Source: Vicugna vicugna (lineage: Eukaryota). Taken from it: DNA of 64,000 nt. Below the pieces are notes generated by a model, which had not been told where the DNA came from, did no database searches, and worked only from the letters and a program-made list of their open reading frames with translations. This document shows, one piece after another, positions 25,029 to 39,600 of this stretch. Numbering within the stretch: the stretch's first letter is position 1; the number at the start of each line of letters is the position of its first letter. The stretch spans positions 1,054,001 through 1,118,000 of the forward strand of contig MU058687.1 of the NCBI GenBank assembly GCA_013265495.1, in the 5' to 3' direction. Made by a program: the position numbers and the translations under genes.

Positions 25029-25754
25029 GTACCTACTGTTATCATAGGGGTGTTGTGAGGATCCATTGAGTTAACATGTGTTATGATTTTAGAACAGTTC
25101 CACGTACATAGTAAACTGCTGATGTGTCAGCTATTGCTATCATGAATAACATTGGGGTGAACACTCCTATCTGTATCCTGGGGAACTTATTCTATTATTA
25201 TTATGTTATAGTTCTAAAAGTGGAAATGCTGGGTCAAAAACGAGGCATATGTTAAGCTTTTATACTTGTTGCCCAGCTGCCTTCCAGAAATGTACCAACT
25301 GATTGGGAGTGGAGATGAGGGTCTGAAGGAGAATTTTCAATTTTGACTTTGTATATTTCTATATTATTGAATTTTTATAAGAATGTACTCATGCATTACT
25401 TGTATATATACTTTTAAACAGCCAATTTGCTCTCTTGCCAACATGGCTTTAAAAGAACACATATCCCCTCAACCTCACTGGCACTGAGTATGTCAGTCCT
25501 TTATCATTGTCAGTCCTTTAAATTTTTGCCAACATGATGAGTGAAAATGTTATCTTATCATTTGTATTTCTTACTTATTTTTTCATATATTTTGGGGGAA
25601 ATATTTATGTGGTAAATATTACAAATCTTAAACATGTTAATATCATTTGAATTGATAACTCTACATCTAAGAAGTAAAATCAAGATGCTATTAAAAAAAA
25701 ATAAAAGACAGTTTTAAAAATTAAAAAAGAGTATGTTCCTAAATGAAGCATTGT

Positions 25755-25812
25755 GCTGTACACCAGAAACTGACACAACATTGTAAACTGACTATACTTC
25801 AATAAATTTTTT
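25755..25812 (+). mobile_element. Short cetartiodactyl L1 3' tail
   Basis: gctgtacaccagaaactgacacaacattgtaaactgactatacttcaataaa. Confidence 0.75.
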
Positions 25813-27271
25813 TTAAATCCCTAAAATGTTTGAAGCAGTACTTAAAAAATTTTTAAAGAAAATAATGTGATACCCACAGATTTATATCAAATATGATTAT
25901 CATAATATTATTTGTAAGAGTGAAGACTGCTTAAATAAATCATAAAGTATGGTATCATCTGTGTGATGCTATGGCATGCGGCCATTTAAAAAATCATGTT
26001 TAAGAGTTTATAGCACATATTTTATAATAAGTAGGGGGAGAGAAAATTCATACATAAATGCAAATTCAAAAAAGGATGAGAAAGAAATACATTAAAATGG
26101 TAGCGATAGTTATTTATGGGTGATGGAACCATGAGGAATTTTCTGTTTCTTCTTTTTACTTTTCTGTATGTTCCATATTTTCAATGGGTATGTTTTCACC
26201 TTTGTAATTTAAAAAAAAGAAAAAAAGGAGGCATCCCTTGCCTTGGATGATTACAAACCACAGGCGAGGCTATGCATGTTTGGGGGCTTAATTTCGCCGT
26301 GAACCTAAAACTGCTTTAAAAAACAAAGTCTATTAAAACAAACAATCAAACAAAGCTTGCATTTTCTCTCATTGACTCTTTCTTAGACATCCATTCCTGG
26401 GTCTCAGACAGGAAAAGCCCTACTGGAGAAGCAAGTTCAGCTACAAACACAAGCATAGAACACAGGGCTTGAGAGATAACTCCAAAACTATGTAGGAATT
26501 TATAGCTAGAAGGTGTAAAATGAGACTGAGGTTGAATTTCAAGTAAATAATAGATATGTCCAGAAAGAAGCTGTGTGTCATCTCTTTTTAGCTGAAGTGT
26601 TCAAGGCCATGGGCACGAGCTGAAAAGACAGAAGTGTCTGTGGCGTTACCAGTTGCACCGATCACCTCCCGACATGAAAGCCTTTCTCCCTACGAGTCTG
26701 TGCCCTTCCATAGGCTCTCCCTCGAGATCTCCCCAAAGCTTTGCCAGAGAGGGCAAAAAGGAAGAGCCACCCGTGGGCCGGTTACGGTGAGATCAGCAGC
26801 TCACAGACTATGTCTCCACTTCTGTGGTGTGTCCACATTTAGAGAACAGCAAACACCTCTGACACACTACAGCAGGGCCACTGAGAACCAATCAAAAAAG
26901 CAAGGTGAGCTATGAGGAGTCCTTAGATCAAAGGCACCGTGCAAAGCCTAAGAGATGCTAACTCATTCTCATCCTTGTCATTGACGCTCGGTGCAGATTT
27001 ATACAAGGCTTATTGCTAGTTCCTTGAAAATGTTCCTGCCAGGTTTTTGTTGGGAAAGCTAAGTCTTTTTCTTTGCAGGATTTTGTTCATTCGTTTCCTA
27101 GACTCAGTTGGGTTCCAATTGGACCAGCCTAGTAGAGCACCACCCCAAAAATACTTGGAGAAATATGGAGGAAAAAGTCTTCTCCTGAAACAGCCACTCC
27201 TATGCAGACGCCACGGGACCTAAGAGATTCACAGTAGTGATCACTTAATCACACATTTACATACAAATACA

Positions 27272-27385
27272 TTTTTGCCTGACCCGTAGGATTTCTGAAC
27301 AGCCTCCCATCCAAGTACTTCGCAGGCTCAGCAAACTTGACAAAGCTGCCAATGTAAGGCTCATTCAGGGTGGCACATCTCAAGG
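27272..27385 (-). pseudogene. Highly diverged 5S rRNA-derived copy
   Basis: Antisense matches to 5S: ctcccatccaagtact (27304-27319), caggc, and ttcagggtgg (27364-27373) in correct order and near-correct spacing; short A run after the 3' end on the minus strand. Confidence 0.65.
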
Positions 27386-30300
27386 TCACACAGCATTTCT
27401 ATGCTTTACTAACGTCTTTTCATATATGACCTCACCTCTGCTTCATTTTCTGGGGGCCTCCTGCATCATCCCCACGTGGCTGTGGGCTGGGCGGGGGGCA
27501 TCCATTCCTCTCTGGTCCAGCCCTGAGCAGCCCTCCCTGCTGCACTGGCTGACAGTTGAAATGCAGAGAGGAGGTCAGACTGATGGCCCAGGCCACACAG
27601 CTCTGATCATCAACAGACATAGATATAACCAAGTCAGAAGTCGTGACTGGTGCCTGAGAAAAATGGAATGATCTACTGGTATTGAACCCAGGTTGGATAC
27701 ACCAGCCCCTATATGATCTCATGCAAGTTAACTTTGCCTCTTTCCTCCCTCAGTTTCTTTGTCTATAAAATGGAGTTGATAACAGTGCCATCTCCTAGGG
27801 TTGTGGTGAGGATCACAAGTGTTAACGCATGCCCAGTGCCTGCACTCTCCCCAACTGATAAAAGGTGCTCCTTAAATTGTAGTTTCTTTTCCTTTCCCCC
27901 TAGGGCCGGTCTGGGAGGCCCCACAGCCCTGGAACTTTAGCAATGAAAGGGGCTTAGGGATTATCTTGTACAGTGGGCGGTTTCCAGACTTTTAGATTTC
28001 AATCATTAATAAAATGGGGGGAAAATTGGAGGAGCTTGAGAGCTGCTGACATTTTATTTGCAGGTAAGGGCACAAAAAATAAGTGTATGAAGACTACAAT
28101 CTACTGTTTTTACTTCATAAAAGAAAAGAATCTTAACCACCGTTTTTTTTTTCCTTAAAGGAGGAAGGGCATAATAGCCAAATAAATTTAGCTTTGTAAA
28201 AACTCTTTACATTGTCTTCTCTGAAAACATCACAGACCAATGTTAAGGAACCTCTGCTCTTCAAGCCATGCCCTCACTTTATGGATGAGACAACTGAAGC
28301 CTAGAGGGGTGAAGTGACGTGCCCAAGGTTACACAGTGGGTGCCATGTCTTATTGCTGTCTAGGACAACAGCCCTGGACATGAGTGATCCTTTCATGTGG
28401 CAGAGACAGGTGTCCTGGGCTGAGAGTTAAGACATCTGGGCTCTATTTTCAGCCATTTGCCCTCAAGTCATACTTCCTGCATTTTCTGCTTTTCTAAAAT
28501 GGGGACAGTAATGGCCCCCTCACTAAAGACTGCTGTGAAAGAACGTAATGAAAGAAGAACTTCAAAAGTGCTCAGAGATGCATGCCAGGGCATTACAGAG
28601 TCAGGTATTAGGAGTGAAAAATCTCTGTCTATGATTTACTTGAAAGCATTTTAGCCAACAAAAATAGATGTAGCAAATATGGCAACATATTAACAGTGGT
28701 TAAATCCAAGTGATGGATATATAGATGGCTATTGTTATGCTAAACTCTCCACTTTTCTGCACACTTGAAATTTTTCAAAATAAACATTCGGTCATAAAGA
28801 AAAGTAATCTGGCAAGGTAAATGGAAGAGATGGTGTTACTCACAGAGAAGACGCCCTCAGGGAGGTCCAAGTCCTGGGCTCTTCAGCCAGGTGGGGCTCG
28901 CTGCCCCAGGAGCTGGAGCAGGGCATTCACCAGCCTTGGGCACACAGAGCCATGGTCAGGAAGTGATTTTGGTTTCCCTGCTTCCTCCCCAGGCAGGTCT
29001 GGTGCCTGTGGCTGGGTGATGGAAGCCTCCCACCTCTTCTCAGTGCAAGGCACCATCTGACAGACCCAGCCCTACTGTAGCCTCTGGCATTAGAGACAGT
29101 GGGGGCTGCCTAGCGCAGCCAACCAGTGTGGGGGGCTTATGAATATGCAGATAGAGGCCAGAGCTGGTTGGCTGCCCCCTGCCACCTCCCACCCCAACTC
29201 AGATGCCCAGAAAAGCCAGCTCAGAGAGGACCTTCCTGAAATGTCATCTCTTCTGTCCTTGCCAAAGGACTTAGAGAGCCCCTTGAAATTTTGAGTAGTG
29301 AATTACCCAGCTTCTCCCATTACACTGGCCTCCAGCAGGGAGTTCCTGACCCCTGCTTCTAAATTCCCAAGCAAGACAGCTCCAAAGTGAACATCTTTCT
29401 CCCTGTTCCTCAAGCATCCTGAGGATACTGAAACCAGCCCAGTACCAAAATATGGCATCTCAGCCCTTCGGGAAGGAGAGGCTGTGTGGCTTCTGCCTCC
29501 CGCAGAGGTCTGAACACTGTTGGGGAGACTGTCTGCTGGGCCATAAGTCCCCTTCTCTGGCAGAGCTGGAGAGAACTCACTGCCCAAATCACTTATCCCA
29601 GACATCACTTGAATTTTGCCAACTTCTTCAATTTGGAGAGCGATGTGAATGTTGTGAAATACAGCAATGAAAATCAATGAACTAAAGTTCAATTCGACAT
29701 GGTTAAAACATAATGCTGAGTGAAAGAAGTAAGTCACAGAATGACACAGGCACTGTGATTCCATTTGTTATGTTTAAAAATAGGCCAAGAATTTCTAGAT
29801 TTTTGCTGAGTATTCATCTTATCCATTATTTTTAATTGCAATTAAAAAAAGAGATAGAAAAATGAACTCTAGGTATCATGAATAATAGAGTGAATATAAG
29901 ATATAGTCTCTATTTTATGGACCTTAGGCTGTAGCCTCATCTACCATCTGGTCAATAATATTCAAAAAGTATAAGCAAGGATGTGAGTGTATAGCTCAGA
30001 CAACACTTATGAATATTGGGGGATTTCAGGTAAGGGAAAAGAATGCTGTGTGTGTTATTTAAACTGAGCTGCCCTCTCTGTGATGTTTTTCTTTAGCTGA
30101 GCCATTTATTCTTCCATGTTTTTTCTTACATAATTTGAAAGTAAATGCATCTCTTCCTTAATTTAAAGAATAGACAAAAACGTGTATGGTTTAGGACACA
30201 TCCATATTGAAGCTACTATGAAAGCAAGGGGATGGTTAATACATAATTCAGTACAGTGGCAGTTAACTCTAGGAGGACCAGCAAGGAGGGCCACACAGGG

Positions 30301-31974
30301 CTTTGCCATTTCTTAAGCTGCATGGTGAGTTTGATTATTCCTTTTATTATTTTTTCTTAAATTATACACATGTATTTATTTATACACCCTTTTGAATATA
30401 TATTTTATAATAAAATTAAAAAATGTTTTTCTTTTGAACACGGCCATAAACACAAGTTTATGAACTTGTATTCATAAACACCTGCCCCAATGGATGATGT
30501 TGTGTCCTGGGAGGCTCCAAATAGGGAAGATGGTGTGAACTTCTTGGAAGACGGTGTGGACCTTGGACTCCACAGAAGCTCATTATGTGAATCTCAAGGA
30601 AATCAGTTTCAACCTTTATCCTGTGAGAGGGACTTTGCACGCTACTCTGTGTGTGTGCGTGCATGTGTGCACTCATGGCTGTGTGTGTTGTCTAAGACTC
30701 TAGCATCTAATTAACTTGAGAGATCACTGAAACTCCAGAAGGATGCTTTGCCACATTACTGAGGCCTGAGCTTCTAAACTCTCAGTAAGAATCTCAAAAA
30801 ATAATTATTTAAAACTGAAAAAATTAAGTAGCTATCTAAAAAATATTAACAGTAACCTCTGCAAAGGCTTGCCATATCTCCTGATTACTGTTTTTGGACT
30901 CTTTAGCTGCATCCAGCAGTGTTGTCAGCAGGGCCGTATTTAGTCATTCCACTTGGGTCTATTGGGTGCCGACAGAGTACTAGACACTGTCCTGTGCATG
31001 GGATTCAGGAAACAGAGTCATCTCTTTTCTTCTGCTGCTCTGCCAGTAGCGGAGACACTCAAGTAAAAGGGACATTATAATGCAATGTAGAGATACAGAC
31101 ACAATGCTTTGGAAGAACAGAAAAGATTTGTGTTAACCCTGCCAGAGGGAATTAGAAAGGGATTCAAAAGATATTTGGAGGATGACTAGGAGATCCCAGG
31201 CAAACAGGAGTTGGGAGCCGCCCAGGCAAAGATGTGGAGTGAAAGCATTAAAGCCACTGTGCGAATGTGGGTGGGGAGGTAGGGTGAGGATCAGTCCATA
31301 GCCAGAGGCCAGGTTATCAGGTGCCTGGCCACCTTGAGGAGTTTGGACTTTATCCTCCTGACAGAGAGAAGCAACTGAAAGACTTTAAGCAGGGGAGTGA
31401 TAGGATTAGATTTGCATTTCAAAAGAATCTTTGACACACCTGTGGAGGATGAGTTAGAGAAAGTGAGAGTGGAAGCCTAGCTCCTCTCAGGAAGCTTTTA
31501 AAATAATCCAGGTAAAGGATGCTGAGGACTTGATCAGGGGCAGCGGCAGGGCCAGGATGTTTTCTCTATTTCTAGTTAGGGCTTCTGCCCATCCCTCCAG
31601 AATTACAGTGGAAGTGCTTTCAGGGTATGAGTGAGTGAAGGCACCATAAAGTTCCTAAGAACCAGGCAAGATGACTCAGCTAAAGAAAGTGACTCATTCA
31701 TTCATTCTTAATTCAATCAGCAGCTTATAGAACACCCTTTCTATTAGGAAGGTGAACTACATAAGTGAATATCCAGGGGCCTAGGGCTTTAAGAGACGGA
31801 GAAACTAAAGAGTAGAGGGGTGTTACGTGCTTTCGCTTTGAAGGTAGGTACCAGGCAGCATGATCTGCCCCAAACTGGGAGGTCCACAAATTTAGCCCAA
31901 AAATATATATAGCACACCAAAACTATGACAGTCTTTTTCCTAAGCTGGGGCTGCATTACACTTCAAAAACAAAC

Positions 31975-32350
31975 AAAAAAACTCATAAAGAAAGAGATCA
32001 GATCTGTGATTACCAGAGGTGAGGCAGGGGAGAATTGGATGAAGGCAGTCAAAAGGTATAGGCTTCCAGTTATAAAATAAATAAGCACAACGGATGTGAT
32101 GTACGTCATGATAAATATAATTAGCACTGCTGTATGTTATATATGAAAGTTTTTAAGAGAATAAATCTTGAGTTCTTCTCACAAGAAAATTTTAAAAAAA
32201 ATTAATTTTGTACCTATATGAAATGAGGGGTGTTCACTAAACTTTTTGTGATAATCACTTCATGATATACATAAATCAAGTCATTATGCTATATACCTTA
32301 AACTTATACAGTGATACATGTCCGTTATATCCCAATAAAACTGTCGTTTA
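31975..32350 (+). mobile_element. L1MA9/10-like 3' end
   Basis: ttccagttataaaataaataag...ataccttaaacttatacagtgat...caataaaactg. Confidence 0.8.
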
Positions 32351-32779
32351 AAAAACGCTTCTGGGAATACAGCAGTGAACAAGACAGACAAGGACCCTAA
32401 TCTCATGGAGTTTATATTCTAGGGGTAGAGTGACAAATGAACAGCCTCCAGAAAGCACAGGATGTATTGGGAACAATTAGCTTGGCTGGACAGAGTTGGA
32501 GTAGGGACTAGGGAAGATCAGGAGATGTCTCTGCAGAAGTAAGCCTATTTGGTTAAGATCTTCAGCTCGGCTGAAGGGCAATGGGAGCCCTTTAGATGTT
32601 CTTTGGGGCTCTGTCTCTGTTACAGGGTGAGGGAGGGAAGTGACTATTGCCTTTTTTCTTTTTTTTTTTGAGGAACCTGAGGCTTAGCGAGGCAATGTCA
32701 CCTGTCCAAGGCCATACAGTCTAAGACCAGGCAGGCACGTGGGCCAAGGTCCTAATTTGAAGCCCATGCTGCCTTCCGC

Positions 32780-33610
32780 TCTTTTCCCGTAGTGCTTGGG
32801 AGGAACGGCGCGGTGTTCTCGAGTCCCTGAACTGATGGGCGACACGCTCAGAGCCAGGGGAGGGCAGAACCCCGTGGCGATCTGGTCGCGGGACAGTCGT
32901 AGGCACCTTCGGGAGATCGGCCCCGGCAGGCAAGTAGCGTAGCGGGCTCACCTGCGTGGACAGCTGGGCTGATTCTCGGCGTGCAGCCCATCGGTTCCCC
33001 CCGCCCGCCAGTGGTTCGCTCCGAACACCCCTTCCCGCGCGGCGGGTGCCGCGGCCCGCCCCGCTTCCGGTTGTTGCCGGGCCCTATATCCGGTGTCCGT
33101 CCGCCCGCCCGCCCTCCGCTCCGCCGCCGCCGCGATGCTGTCCCGGTCCCGCTGCGTGTCCCGGGCGTTCAGCCGCTCGCTCTCCGCCTTCCAGAAGGTA
33201 CGGTTCTGCCGGGCCTGGGTCCCGTCGGGTGAAAAGCTCGCCAGCGGGCAGACCGGCAGCTTGGGGGCAGGGGCGTGGCGCGCCGGCCAGGCTGGGCACC
33301 AAGGGCACTGGGACGCGGAGGCCGCGGGCTGGGCGGCCCAGGGTCGCAGTTGCCCTCGGGGCCGTCTTGCAGAGCCTAGCGGCCCGTCGCCCTCCCGAGA
33401 CAGCCGGTGCCTTGTCCCCTGCTGTCCCCAGCCCTCCGCGCCCGGGCGGAGGAGCCGCCCAGAGCCGCGCCCGCCCGGACACGAGTTTGGGAGGAGGCGG
33501 CGCGGAGTCCCCCCGACGGGATCCGGGGACCCGTTGTCTTTCCGTTGAAGTCACTGGATATCAGTCCCGTTGCGAAGCGAGATAGTTCGGCAGGCCTGAT
33601 GTGCTGACGG
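32780..33610 (+). promoter_or_regulatory. DLST: CpG island / DLST promoter and first exon
   Basis: Very high GC and CpG density; GC boxes (ccgccc); ETS/GABPA-type cttccgg at ~33064. Confidence 0.9.
33135..33197 (+). CDS. DLST: DLST exon 1 coding part
   Basis: [21 protein letters not shown]|gtacgg. Confidence 0.96.
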
Positions 33611-36600
33611 ACTGAGAGCCCTGGCTGTTGCCTTTGCCTTTTGGAGTCATGAGATTCACCTGTCACCAGCGCCTGGACAGCTTTGAGTCTGTACTTAAAA
33701 GAGAAAGCTGTTTCTTCCCTCCTTTCATCTTGGGTGACGTCGATAATGTCTTCTTTCTCAACAGGGGAACTGCCCTCTAGGGAGACGTTCCCTGCCTGGT
33801 AAGTTCTGCCCTTGCCGTCACCTAAAATGCTCTCCTTCTGGGCAGAGCATTGAGAAAATTGGGGTGCTAGAATTTCTCCGCATCGTGTTGAGATAGGAGT
33901 GAAACAAAATGCTGTTTAATAACAGCTACTATTTATTCGTTTAGCACCTAGTTACTGAATATCTGTGTGTCAGGCACTGTGCTAGGCACTCGCTAGGGCT
34001 ACAGCAGTGAACCATTCTCGCCCTCCTGGAGCTTACAGTCTAGTGGGAAAGACAAAGTGTAAATTGCTAAATAAATGAACTATCATGAATCTTGGTTAAA
34101 TGCCAAGAAGGAAACAAGTGAAGCTGGACACTAAAGCTGTGACCCAGAGGATCACATGACAGGCCAGCTGGATGAAGAGCAGAAGGAATGGCAATAGCAT
34201 GTACAAAGCCCCAGAGGAAGGAAAGAGCTTGGCAGTATTTTGGAACTGGAAAAAAGGTGATTTGGCCAGAGTATTTTGGTTAAGGGAGAGAGAAGCATGA
34301 GATAGAAGATGATGTAGAGACTAGTGGAAAGAATTTAGGTTTTAACCCAATAATCTTGTATATGCCTGGCATAAATATTTGTTGAATGAGTTTATCTTAT
34401 TGTGGACATTCTGTGTGCCAAGCACTGTTCTGAGTCTTTCCGGGCATTTTTTAGTTAATCACCCGGATACACTAAAAGAGATGTTTTCTGTTTTACATAT
34501 GCATAACTCAAGGCTAAGAGAGGTTAAGTGCCTTGACCAAGGAAAGTCACTTAGCCAACCATTGGTCAACCAGTTCTACCTACTCCTCAGCCTGAACTTC
34601 TAACCACCAAGTTATCATTTACTCATGTAATCAACTGATCATTGACTCTTACTACATGCTGTGCTCAGTGACAGGGATACAGATGGTACCTACTCTCCAG
34701 GATCTTAAGGGCTACCTAGAGAGACAACAAATACATATTTATGCACACTTAAGGATATAATTACACTGTGATTACTGTGAATGAGAAATATGGAGTGTAA
34801 TGAGAGGGTGGGATGATGTAGCCCAGCTTGAGAGGGTGAAGGGTGCACTCGCAATGTCAGCAAAGGCTTCCCCAAAGAAGTGACATTTAAGCCAAGTTTT
34901 GGAGAATATATAGGAGTTGGCCAAGAGAATAATGTTGCAGGCAAAGGGAATTGCTCATGCAAAGGTTTTCAGGCAGGAAGGGACTTGGGTCATAGAAATG
35001 GAAAGGAAGCCTGTCTGGGAGGGCTGGACAGAAATGTGTAAAGTTTTTGGACTTTATCCCAAGAGTCATGAGATCATAGGCAGCTAGCATAATGTTAGCT
35101 CGTAGTGGACTCTCAATAATAAACTTTTTAACTTGGAATCCTGAAAAATGTCAGTAAACATTTTTTCCATTTTATAGATAGGCAGGACAATGGGAAGAGC
35201 CATGGACTTGGGGTTTGCATCATGGTTCAGGGCTTCTCCTTGTGCTAGTCACTTGACCTCCAGAAGCCTTGTATGAAATGGGAATAATGGCAGATGGTCG
35301 TTCCACTTCAGGGAGTTGTGAGACAACGAAAATCAAAATGAGGTGAAATAAGTGAAAGCTTTTTATAAGCTCTAAAGCACTGTACAAATGAAACTTGGCT
35401 GTAGGGTGAAATTTAAATTGGACTTAAATGGTTCCAAAAATCAGTGTGGGCTGCTGGCTATTCTAGCTCAAAGGCATACTTGGGATTTGTACTGCAGAGT
35501 CTTTGTCTACTGGACACAGAAGTAACTTGACCTGGAACCCTGGGGATGTTTGTGAGGAGATGGGCACAAGAGAGAATTATGTCCCTTTTGGTGTCTCCTA
35601 TGCCCGTGATTCAGGAAGAGTTTGTTAATAGATCTGAAAAAAGACATATGAAAGAATATATTCAGGTGAAGAAGGTATGGTAATTAGTTGTCAGTTGAGG
35701 AAATGCAGTTTTCTATGATAAGGACAGTTGGTGGGGCAGAAAGGGGCTCCGACCTTGTTGAGTGTGACCAGAGTGGAAGGTCTTGGCAAAAGTGTGGGAA
35801 GACAAACTGAAGGGAGGGGTGATGATTTGCTCAGTCCTAGAGCAAGCTGGAGACCTTGGGCCTAAAGTAGCCCTGTCTTTGCTGCTAGGGTTCAGGCAAC
35901 AAGACTTCTGGCTCAGTGCAATCAGGGAAACAAACTCAGACCAAACATTCCCAGTGCTTCTCTGGTGAGGCTGTGTGTAGTCAGTCAAAGGATAAGCATT
36001 CTTGTGTCTTTTTAAACTGTATTTGAAGCCTTGGGGAGGAGAGGCATTTTATTATGAAAACATACAAGGATAATGAAAGTTTATGAATCCTAAGATAATA
36101 AGATTATAGAATTCTCCCCTTTCTTCCTCAAACACATACCCCGCAGAAACCCCACATACCTGTTCTCTACCATTACGACTACTTTGGTGGAAAAGTTTGA
36201 GAAGCAGGATTCTGTGTGATAAAGATTATATTGTTGCCTGCTGTAGATCCTTCTCTATCTCAGAGTGAGGGGGTGAACAGACTTCTTTTCCATTCCCAGC
36301 AGGTATCCTGTATTCAAGATAAGAGTTGTTTGGTTAAGAGTTGTTTTGTTTCTTGCAGGGATCTCCTTATGTCAGGGACCAGGTTACCCTGACAGCAGGA
36401 AGATTGTGTAAGTATTACTGGGGAGCACAGATATATGACACGGGGTATTTAAGACACCAGCTTGATCATTTGCCTTCACTGCCTTTCAGGACTAGAAATC
36501 AGGGTGGTTATGTTGAGTCCCTACACCTAACCTTGATGTTAATTTATGACCTATGTTTGGGCTTCAGCCCAATATTAAGTGCTGGACTGGGAGTATGCCT

Positions 36601-39600
36601 GTCCTTAGGTGTTTAGATTATAATGAAAGTAAAGCTGAAACTCTTTATGGGAATAGTTATAGAAGGGTGCTCCTTAATATTCTGGTTGGATACAAGTGAA
36701 GCTGAAGGGCTAGAGATTACATTTATTGTGGAGATTGAGAGCATCCTTTGGTTGCATAGTTTTTCATTTTAAAAAAGTAAAAGCAAAGACTAGTCAGTTG
36801 AATCCTGGGACTTTGACTAGTTCGGAGGGAATGCTGTTATTGCATAATGAAAAGTTTGGAGAATGGCCACCCATGTGTGTTTCAGATTAACTTCTGCTTA
36901 TGAATGTTGCTCAATACTGCTTTGCATTCCAAGTATTTTCAGGGTGGTGGTAAGAGGATGCTCTTTAGTTACCTGTTGAGTAGCTGTCAAGCTGCTTCCT
37001 CTACAGGGAGAGTCTTCAATGATGGGTCAGCAGATTAGCTCCTTATGGACTGTGCATCGCAGTGTTTTGTTTCTTGTTTTTTTATTGAGAAAATGATGCA
37101 CATACTACTAGAAGTGTGAATTCCTGTGTGTGGTTTTTTTTTTTTTGGAGGACAATTTGGCATTCATAAATCTTTGAACCATGTGTACCTTTTGATCTAG
37201 CAGTTTCATTTCTAGGAGTATATACTGAAGAACTCATAGTATACCCATACTTCTTTCAAAATGACCAAACAATAGGCGATTGGTTAAGCTATGCCATGTT
37301 AATATATTCATTCTGTAAGTGAGAAAAAGCAGGTTATAAAATGATTTCATTTCCTACTGTATGATATACTCACATTGTAAATGTTCTTTTTGCTGTTTCT
37401 GAATATTCTACTATGACCATCTAATACTTTTGTAATTTAAAAATTACTTAGGGAAATTCAAAATGTGTTACTCATTTGCAGCTTAAATAAAATTGGAGCA
37501 ACCACAAATGTCTATGCAATGAATACAACAAATAACCATTTGAAAGTAAAGTATTCTTAAAAACCCTAAACTTTGTGGGATGAGGATCACATCTTCAAAA
37601 TACAAAAACATAGACCATACAGAATGCAAAAATATAATAATTGTTTTTGCGTTGTGTATAGTCTTTTTCTGTGAGTAAGGTACCCATTTTATTTAAAAAT
37701 CTTCTGTTGTAAAACTATTTTTGGTTTTGTTTTTATTTAATAGGTTATATCTTTATATGGTTCAAAAGTAAAGAGAGTACCCATGAAAAGACTTTCTCCT
37801 TGTTCTCCAGTGCCACCAAGTTCCTCTTCCCGGAGACAGCTAGTGCTCCAGGCTCTTGGGTGTCCTCAAAGAGCAGACTCTGCGTTTGCACATTGTCTGT
37901 TAGTTCTTGCCCATGAACACGTACCTATACATGGTTATAAACTGCATTTTTAAATAACATACATTTTTCCTCTTGACTTTACATAGGACATACAGTTATT
38001 TTGATGTTATAAAAGTAAAAATATCAAAAGGTAACTTAAATCTGTTTTACTTTTCTGTTACAAAGGTGCTTGTGGTACAATATTCAAGCAATCCTGAAGT
38101 GTAGAAAGTGAAAATCCAAATCACTGTTCCAAAGTGTATGTGTATATAATAGATAACCATAGATAACATGTATCTCTACATCTCCCGCTCTTCAGTAGTA
38201 ACCCCTATTAATGGTTTTGTGCATAAAAGGTAGTATCATTTTCCAGTTTACATTGTTTAAAGTTAATGCCATATCAGAAAATACCTTTTCCTGGGTTCAA
38301 TGCCCAGTACCTCCATTAAAAAAAAAAGAAGAAAATACCTCAGTCTTCTGAAGTTCCTCTTTAATGAGTCCAGAATGGACTCATGTGCTGCCTCATGGTG
38401 AGAACAGACCAGGAAATACCATATGAGTTTTTTTGTTTGTGGGCTTTTTTTTTTTTTGGTTCATGTAACACCTTGTTCTACTTGTTGGCTGTCTCATCTT
38501 GCTATTTTATCTGAATTTCTGGACAGAAATTCTCTTGTATGTGGCACAATAGCATGTACCCTGAGGGCACGTAATTTATCTTACTTGGATTTAGTTGAGA
38601 AAAGACCTAAATCAGGAAGCTAAGCCTTTTTCATGGTTGCACAAAGGACCAAGATGCTTATCTTTTTCTTCAAAGACCCAAATGTAAGTCTGTTCTGTGA
38701 GAGCTTGTATTTCAGTGCAGCACAGGGTCCTAGACTCGCCCAAGGAACTCACTGCTTAAGGTACCCAAGTCATCCAGGCTCTGCTCTAGACCTACCAAGT
38801 TAGAATTTTCTGGGAATGGGGCTTGAATATGTGTGCTTTGAAAAAAGTTCCTACAAGTAGCACTGATGGGTACCCCTAGTCAGGAATCACTGATCTGAAG
38901 GGAAGGTGATTCATGGAGCCTTATCTCAACTAAAATGTGAGTGGTTCATCTACTGAAGGAGTTTACATTTATGTTTGTTTTGTAGCATTAACAACAGTAG
39001 TGTCTTCAGTATTCGCTTCTTCAGAACTTCACCTGTATGCAGTAAGTACCTGCCTTCAGTTCCCTGCCTTCTTGGGAATGGAGTTTTACTGGGAAGAACA
39101 ACAATTGACTGAATTTAATCAAAGAAAATTAAAAAGGAAAAACATGGACTATGTTGTGTTTTTCTTTTCCTAGAGGATGATGTGATTACAGTCAAAACCC
39201 CAGCATTTGCAGAATCAGTCACAGAGGGGGACGTCAGGTGGGAGAAAGGTAAGATTTAGTGCCCTCTCACTTAAGTTTAAATACTTTTGAAAAGTCCTTT
39301 TTACTCCCTGATCCCAATGATAATCAGTGGAATCTATGGCTTCACCCTTTTCTTTACACAGTATACTTTCTCCTGGCCTGTAGGAAAGGGGTCTTGTAAC
39401 ATACCTGCCAAAGGGATTTTATGGCTACTGGATGTGCCCTCCCTGCCCCGCCCCACTAACAGGTAGGCTTTGTCTTTTCAGCTGTTGGAGACACAGTTGC
39501 AGAAGATGAAGTGGTTTGTGAGATTGAAACTGACAAGGTAGGCTTGTCTATATTAGTGCCAGTTTTTCATGGTCTCTTCTTGGTTTTTTATCCCAATGAA

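Noticed and set aside
32956..33666. Multiple long ORFs on both strands
   Set aside because: CpG-island artefact; only the 63-nt DLST exon 1 is supported
36281..36310. Acceptor-like tract followed by GTATCCT (U12-donor-like) in DLST intron 2
   Set aside because: No U12 branch site before exon 3; use as an acceptor would shift the frame; the canonical GT-AG model already fits
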